A stretch of 64,000 bases of DNA, taken from the NCBI GenBank assembly GCA_963713975.1, contig OY970218.1, forward strand, positions 1,920,001 through 1,984,000. The letters run 5' to 3'. The notes beneath the pieces are model-generated. The model ran no database searches and was not told the DNA's origin. It saw only the letters and a list, made by a program, of their open reading frames with translations. The stretch comes from an uncultured Chloroflexia bacterium (lineage in GTDB: Bacteria > Chloroflexota > Limnocylindria > Limnocylindrales > CSP1-4). How positions within the stretch are numbered: position 1 is the stretch's first letter; each line of letters starts with the position of its first letter. Shown here piece after piece: positions 59,316-64,000 of this stretch. Position numbers and translations under genes: made by a program.

Positions 59316-60401
59316 ATGCCGACCGCCAGGGGGACCGGGGACCGACGACCGACCGCGGCTGGTCGAGCCCGCCCCGCTTCCCCTGTCCGGTTCCGTCTCC
59401 CTGCCCTCGCCGCGGCCCTGCTCGCGGTGGTCGTCACGGCCGGCTCGCTCGGGGCCGGAGCCACCACTGCGGCGACCACGTGGTCGAGGAACCTGTGGGT
59501 GCCGTCGGCGGCCGTCTACCAGGACCCGTACTTCTCCGCCTGCACGGCCGCAGCGGTCATGACCATGCTCAACACGATCGCCGGCCGGAGCACGGGCGGC
59601 GACGGGTTCGCCTGGACGGCCTACCGCGTGCGCAACAACGAGACGGATCGCGAGGACGTTCGGGACATGATGTCGATCTTCGCGTTCGAGCGGGCGAACG
59701 ACACGTTGCGGGCGAAGGGGAAGGGATCGGATGCCCACGGGTGGCGGAATGCGCTCAACGCCTACGGGTGGGGCGCCGACACCATGGCCGACCCGGCGAG
59801 ACGTGTCTACGAGGACCGCGCCTACCGGACGTTCGGCGGCGCGGTCAAGGCGGCGGTGCGTGCCATCGCACGGTACGGGATGCCGGTCGGGATCCTCGGC
59901 TGGGCGGGCGGGCATGCCCAGGTGATGACCGGGTACGTCGTGACCGGTGCAGACCCGCGCGTGTCGAGTGACTTCTCCGTGGTCGCGGTCTACCTGTTCG
60001 ATCCGCTGCGGTCGAACCGGACAGTCAACAGGCGCCTGAGCCTGGCCACCCTCCGCGACGGCCCGCTGCGCACCAGGTTCCAGCGCTACCGGGCGACGGA
60101 CAGTCCGTATGACGACCCGCTGACGAGTGGGGCGATCCGCAGTTCCGTGTCGCCCTCGGTCGCCCGTTCCGAGTGGTTCCACCGTTGGGTGCTGGTCGCT
60201 CCCGTTCGGATGTCCGGGTCAGCCCCGATTCCGACTCCGACGCCGACGCCGACACCACCGCCGACGGCGACCTCGGCACCCACGCCGGAACCACCGCCGC
60301 CGCCCGCGCCGACACCACCGCCCATGCCGACCCCGGAGCCGACGCCGGAGCCGACGCCGGTTCCGACCCCGGAAGCCCCGCAGGGCTCACCGGCCGACTG
60401 A
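59316..60401 (+). CDS. Secreted papain-like/C39-like peptidase with Pro/Thr-rich tail
   Basis: Signal-like N-terminus; YQ......C..A...MLN (Cys), GGHAQVMTGY (His), YLFDP (Asp); PTPTPTP tail. Confidence 0.7.
   Translation: MPTARGTGDRRPTAAGRARPASPVRFRLPALAAALLAVVVTAGSLGAGATTAATTWSRNLWVPSAAVYQDPYFSACTAAAVMTMLNTIAGRSTGGDGFAWTAYRVRNNETDREDVRDMMSIFAFERANDTLRAKGKGSDAHGWRNALNAYGWGADTMADPARRVYEDRAYRTFGGAVKAAVRAIARYGMPVGILGWAGGHAQVMTGYVVTGADPRVSSDFSVVAVYLFDPLRSNRTVNRRLSLATLRDGPLRTRFQRYRATDSPYDDPLTSGAIRSSVSPSVARSEWFHRWVLVAPVRMSGSAPIPTPTPTPTPPPTATSAPTPEPPPPPAPTPPPMPTPEPTPEPTPVPTPEAPQGSPAD
60224..60380 (+). repeat. Low-complexity CCGACG/CCGGAG repeats encoding a PT/PE tail
   Basis: Read directly; encodes PIPTPTPTPTPPPT...PTPEPTPEPTPVPTPEAP. 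Confidence 0.8.
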
Positions 60402-60508
60402 CCGTCGGCACCTGTCAGTACGGCCGGTTGCCGCCCGGCCGCCGTCCTTCCGACGCCGGATTGCGTGCCGTTCGGCACGGGAGCCTGCTTGACCGCGTAG
60501 TGGACGCT

Positions 60509-62920
60509 ATGACCATGGCTGCACCTGTTCGACCGGACAGCCGCGTCCCGGCCGCCAGCGATCCGTCCACCGCCCGCACGCTCCACGTGGAGGGCGTGGT
60601 CCAGGGCGTTGGATTCCGGCCGTTCGTCTGGAGGCTGGCGACGGAGCTGGGTCTCGCGGGTCGGGTCCGCAATGCCGCCGGCAGGGTCGAGATCGTGGCC
60701 GCCGGTTCGACCGCCGGGCTGGACGACATGGCCCGCCGCCTCCGGACGGACGCCCCGCCCCGTGCGAGGGTCGAGCGGGTGACCGTGGGCCCGTACACCG
60801 GGGACGCCGCCGCACTGCCCATGCCGTTCGCCATCGACGAGAGCGTGGCGGCCGTGGGTGCCGATCGCCTGTTCCCTCCCGACATCGCCACCTGTGACGA
60901 CTGCCTGCGCGAGCTGCACGACCCCGCGGATCGCCGGTACCGCTACCCGTTCACCAACTGCACGAACTGTGGACCGCGGGCCACGATCATCGACGAGCTC
61001 CCGTACGACCGGGCTCAGACGACGATGCGGGCGTTCCCGCTGTGCGCCGCCTGCGAGGCCGAGTACCGCGACCCGGCGGACCGGCGGTTCCACGCCGAGC
61101 CCGTCGCCTGTCCCGCGTGCGGTCCCCGGCTGGCCTGGTGGCCCACAGGTGCCCCGGCCCCGATCGCCGCCTCCGAGGCCGCGCTCGCCGCGGCCGTCCG
61201 GGAGCTTCGCCACGGGGCCGTGGTCGCGGTCAAGGGCCTGGGTGGGTATCACCTTGCCTGCGATGCCACCGACGTGGAGGCCGTGGGCAGGCTCCGGGAC
61301 CGCAAGCGCCGATGGGCGAAGCCGTTCGCGATCATGGTCCGGGACCTCGCCGCGGCCCGGGACCTGTGCCGGGTGGGCGTCCTCGAGCGCCGCATCCTGG
61401 AGAGCCCCGCCCGCCCCATCGTCCTGCTCGAGGCGCGGCGAGACGGACGTCCAGGTCTGGCGCCCGCCGTGGCCGCCGGGAATCGCCGGTTGGGCGTGCT
61501 GCTCCCGTACACCCCGCTCCACCACCTCCTGCTCGAGGCCGTCGACCGGCCCCTCGTCCTGACGTCGGGCAACCTGACGGACGAGCCTCTTGCCACGGAC
61601 GACGCGGACGCCTCCATCCGGCTGGCGGGCCTCGCCGACGGGTTCCTCGCCCACGACCGCGAGATCAGGGCCCGCTACGACGACTCGGTGACGCGGGTGG
61701 TCGCGCGCCGCGAGTCGGTGGTGCGGCGCGCTCGCGGGTATGCCCCGGACCCCATGCCGCTCCCGGTGGCGACGCCCGTTCCGCTGCTGGCCGTCGGCGC
61801 CGAGCTCAAGCACACGTTCACGCTCGCTCGCGGGGGGCGCGCCCACGTCGCCCCCCACAACGGGGACCTCGAGGACCTGGCAACCCACCGTGCGTTCACG
61901 GACGGACTGGCCCACCTGTCGCGGCTGCTCGCGCTCGAGCCGGAGATCGTCGTCCACGACCTGCATCCGGAGTACCTCTCGACCAAGTACGCGCTGGAGC
62001 GGTTCCCGGCCGCGAAGCGGATCGTCGTCCAGCACCACCACGCGCACGTCGCCTCGTGCGCGGCCGAGCACGGCATCACCTCCCCGTTCCTGGGCGTGGC
62101 CTACGACGGGCTTGGCATGGGCGACGACGGCACGTTCTGGGGCGGTGAGCTGTTCCTCGCGGATCTCCGCGGCTACCGGCGGCTCGGCAGGTTCGGGCGG
62201 GCGCCGATGCCCGGTGGAGCGCTCGCGGTGCGCAAGCCCTACCGGATGGCCCTCGGCTATCTCCTTGGCGCGGAGGCCACCGGCGACAATGAGACCGGGA
62301 TGGAGTTCAACTCCCTGTCGCAAGGCGTCGCAGGGCCGTTCCTCGCCCGCCTCGATCCCCGGGAGGTGTCGCTGGTCGGGACGCAGGTCGCCCGCCGCCT
62401 CAACGCCCCGCTCGCCTCCTCGGCGGGACGGCTGTTCGATGCCGCGGCCGCCCTCCTCGGCATCCGCGACGTGGCGGAGTACGAGGCCCAGGCGGCGATC
62501 GACCTGGAGCTGGCCGCGGGCGATCGACGGCCCGGCGCACTCCCCTGGCGCCTGGCCTGGGCCGACGGCCTGCTGGTGTACGACCCGCGGCCCACGCTAC
62601 TCGCGCTGCTCGACGGACTCGGTGGCGGACGTTCGCCGGGCTCCCTGGCCGCGGGCTTCCAGGAGACGATCTCGGACGTTACGGCCGCGATGCTCGATGA
62701 TGTGCGGAAGCGGACCGGCGTCCGGACCGTCTGCCTGTCCGGCGGCGTGTTCCAGAACCGGCGGCTGGCGTCCGACCTGGTGCGCCGCCTTGCCGCCGAC
62801 GGGTTCGAGGTGTTCATCAATCGCCAGGTTCCCGTCAACGACGGGGGCGTGAGCTACGGACAGGCCGCGGTGGCGGCGGCGAGACTGGGTGCCGGTGACG
62901 CGCCCATCGAGGAGGGCTGA
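60509..62920 (+). CDS. hypF: [NiFe]-hydrogenase maturation carbamoyltransferase HypF
   Basis: VQGVGFRPFV, CxxC zinc fingers, RRFHA.P.AC, KGLGGYHL.C, HDLHP.Y, QHHHAH, LSGGVFQN, NDGG.SYGQ. Confidence 0.96.
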   Translation: MTMAAPVRPDSRVPAASDPSTARTLHVEGVVQGVGFRPFVWRLATELGLAGRVRNAAGRVEIVAAGSTAGLDDMARRLRTDAPPRARVERVTVGPYTGDAAALPMPFAIDESVAAVGADRLFPPDIATCDDCLRELHDPADRRYRYPFTNCTNCGPRATIIDELPYDRAQTTMRAFPLCAACEAEYRDPADRRFHAEPVACPACGPRLAWWPTGAPAPIAASEAALAAAVRELRHGAVVAVKGLGGYHLACDATDVEAVGRLRDRKRRWAKPFAIMVRDLAAARDLCRVGVLERRILESPARPIVLLEARRDGRPGLAPAVAAGNRRLGVLLPYTPLHHLLLEAVDRPLVLTSGNLTDEPLATDDADASIRLAGLADGFLAHDREIRARYDDSVTRVVARRESVVRRARGYAPDPMPLPVATPVPLLAVGAELKHTFTLARGGRAHVAPHNGDLEDLATHRAFTDGLAHLSRLLALEPEIVVHDLHPEYLSTKYALERFPAAKRIVVQHHHAHVASCAAEHGITSPFLGVAYDGLGMGDDGTFWGGELFLADLRGYRRLGRFGRAPMPGGALAVRKPYRMALGYLLGAEATGDNETGMEFNSLSQGVAGPFLARLDPREVSLVGTQVARRLNAPLASSAGRLFDAAAALLGIRDVAEYEAQAAIDLELAAGDRRPGALPWRLAWADGLLVYDPRPTLLALLDGLGGGRSPGSLAAGFQETISDVTAAMLDDVRKRTGVRTVCLSGGVFQNRRLASDLVRRLAADGFEVFINRQVPVNDGGVSYGQAAVAAARLGAGDAPIEEG

Positions 62921-62923
62921 GCA

Positions 62924-63274
62924 ATGTGTCTGGGGATCCCGGGCAAGGTCACGGAGATCCGCGACGAGGCCGGCCTCGCCATGGGCAAGGTGGACTTCGG
63001 CGGCGTGCGCAAGGATGCCTGCCTCGCGTACCTGCCCGAGGTCGAGCTGGGCGACTACGTCATCGTCCACGTCGGCTTTGCCATCAGCCGGGTGGATGAG
63101 GAGGAGGCTCTCAAGACGCTTGAGATCCTCGGTGAGATGGGCGTCATGGAGCCCGAGCTCATGACGATGGGGCCGGGCATGGACGAGCCCGCTATCGAGT
63201 CCGATGACGCCCCGGACGCCCTGACCTTCGACCCGGCGCTCCGGAGCTCGGCCATGGGGGGCCCAGCCTCGTGA
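62924..63274 (+). CDS. hypC: Hydrogenase assembly chaperone HypC
   Basis: [20 protein letters not shown]; acidic C-terminal extension. Confidence 0.95.
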   Translation: MCLGIPGKVTEIRDEAGLAMGKVDFGGVRKDACLAYLPEVELGDYVIVHVGFAISRVDEEEALKTLEILGEMGVMEPELMTMGPGMDEPAIESDDAPDALTFDPALRSSAMGGPAS

Positions 63275-64000
63275 AATACCTCGACGAGTACCGCGACCCC
63301 GTGCTCGCGAGGAAGCTGCTTGCGGAGATCCACCGGATCACGACCCGGCCGTGGACCCTGATGGAGGTCTGCGGAGGCCAGACGCACACGATCGTCAAGC
63401 AGGGGATCGACGAGGCGCTGCCCGAGGGTGTGCGCATGATCCACGGCCCCGGCTGCCCGGTGTGCGTGACGCCCCTCGAGCAGGTGGACAAGGCGCTAGC
63501 CATCGCCGCCCGCCCCGACGTGATCTTCACCAGCTACGGTGACATGCTGCGCGTCCCCGGCTCCTCGACGGACCTGCTCGCCCTCAAGGCCCGTGGTGCC
63601 GACGTCCGCATCGTCTACAGCCCGCTGGACGCCCTCAAGATCGCGCTCGCGAACCCGGACCGACAGGTCGTCTTCTTCGCCGTCGGCTTCGAGACGACCG
63701 CGCCCGCGAACGCCATGGCGGTGGCGGAGGCGGCCCGCCGCGGCATCGACAACTTCAGCGTCCTGGTGTCGCACGTCCTGGTGCCGCCGGCCATGACCGC
63801 GCTCCTGGACTCGCCCACGAACAAGGTCCAGTCGTTCCTGGCCGCGGGTCACGTGTGCGCCATCATGGGCTGGACCGAGTACGAGCCGATCGCCGCGAAG
63901 TACAAGGTCCCGATCGTGGTGACCGGCTTCGAGCCGCTCGACCTGCTGGAGGGGATCCTCATGGCGATCCGCCAGCTGGAGGAGGGTCGCTTCGAGGTCG
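63271..64000 (+). CDS. hypD: Hydrogenase formation protein HypD (partial, runs off the window end)
   Basis: [54 protein letters not shown]. Confidence 0.95.
   Translation, partial: MKYLDEYRDPVLARKLLAEIHRITTRPWTLMEVCGGQTHTIVKQGIDEALPEGVRMIHGPGCPVCVTPLEQVDKALAIAARPDVIFTSYGDMLRVPGSSTDLLALKARGADVRIVYSPLDALKIALANPDRQVVFFAVGFETTAPANAMAVAEAARRGIDNFSVLVSHVLVPPAMTALLDSPTNKVQSFLAAGHVCAIMGWTEYEPIAAKYKVPIVVTGFEPLDLLEGILMAIRQLEEGRFEV

Overview
A very GC-rich, gene-dense bacterial chromosomal segment. Gene content suggests Chloroflexota or Actinomycetota; this is an inference. I found no rRNA, tRNA, CRISPR array or mobile element. From left to right: (1) a divergent CDP-sugar/surface-glycan locus with two glucose-1-phosphate cytidylyltransferases, an epimerase/dehydratase, an RfbC-like epimerase, a SAF-domain oxidoreductase, a PIG-L deacetylase and a GT4; (2) an MBL hydrolase, a membrane protein, a MoaD-MoaE fusion, a degenerate frameshifted lysine 5,6-aminomutase alpha-like gene, tyrosine phenol-lyase and an MFS transporter; (3) an ECF sigma/anti-sigma module; (4) a ~10.6 kb corrinoid-dependent demethylation cluster with three non-pyrrolysine MttB-family methyltransferases, a corrinoid protein, an ASKHA reductive activator, a MetF-MetV fusion, an AcsE-like methyl-THF methyltransferase and a DUF1638 protein; (5) a two-component system and several hypotheticals; (6) a ~19 kb sugar/amino-sugar uptake and catabolism cluster with three Gfo/Idh/MocA proteins, NagB, NagA, DeoC, an SIS protein, an ABC transporter, ROK proteins, GntR and an embedded UroD/MtaA-family protein; (7) an OYE-family flavoenzyme with AraC and GNAT, and a PTE/FAD-oxidoreductase/Eda/SDR operon; (8) a secreted C39-like peptidase and hypF-hypC-hypD (partial). 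The best candidates for undescribed biology are the multi-MttB corrinoid cluster, its possible link to the methyltransferase-containing sugar cluster, and the KamD-like pseudo-enzyme next to tpl. All family assignments come from motifs read by eye, not from database searches.
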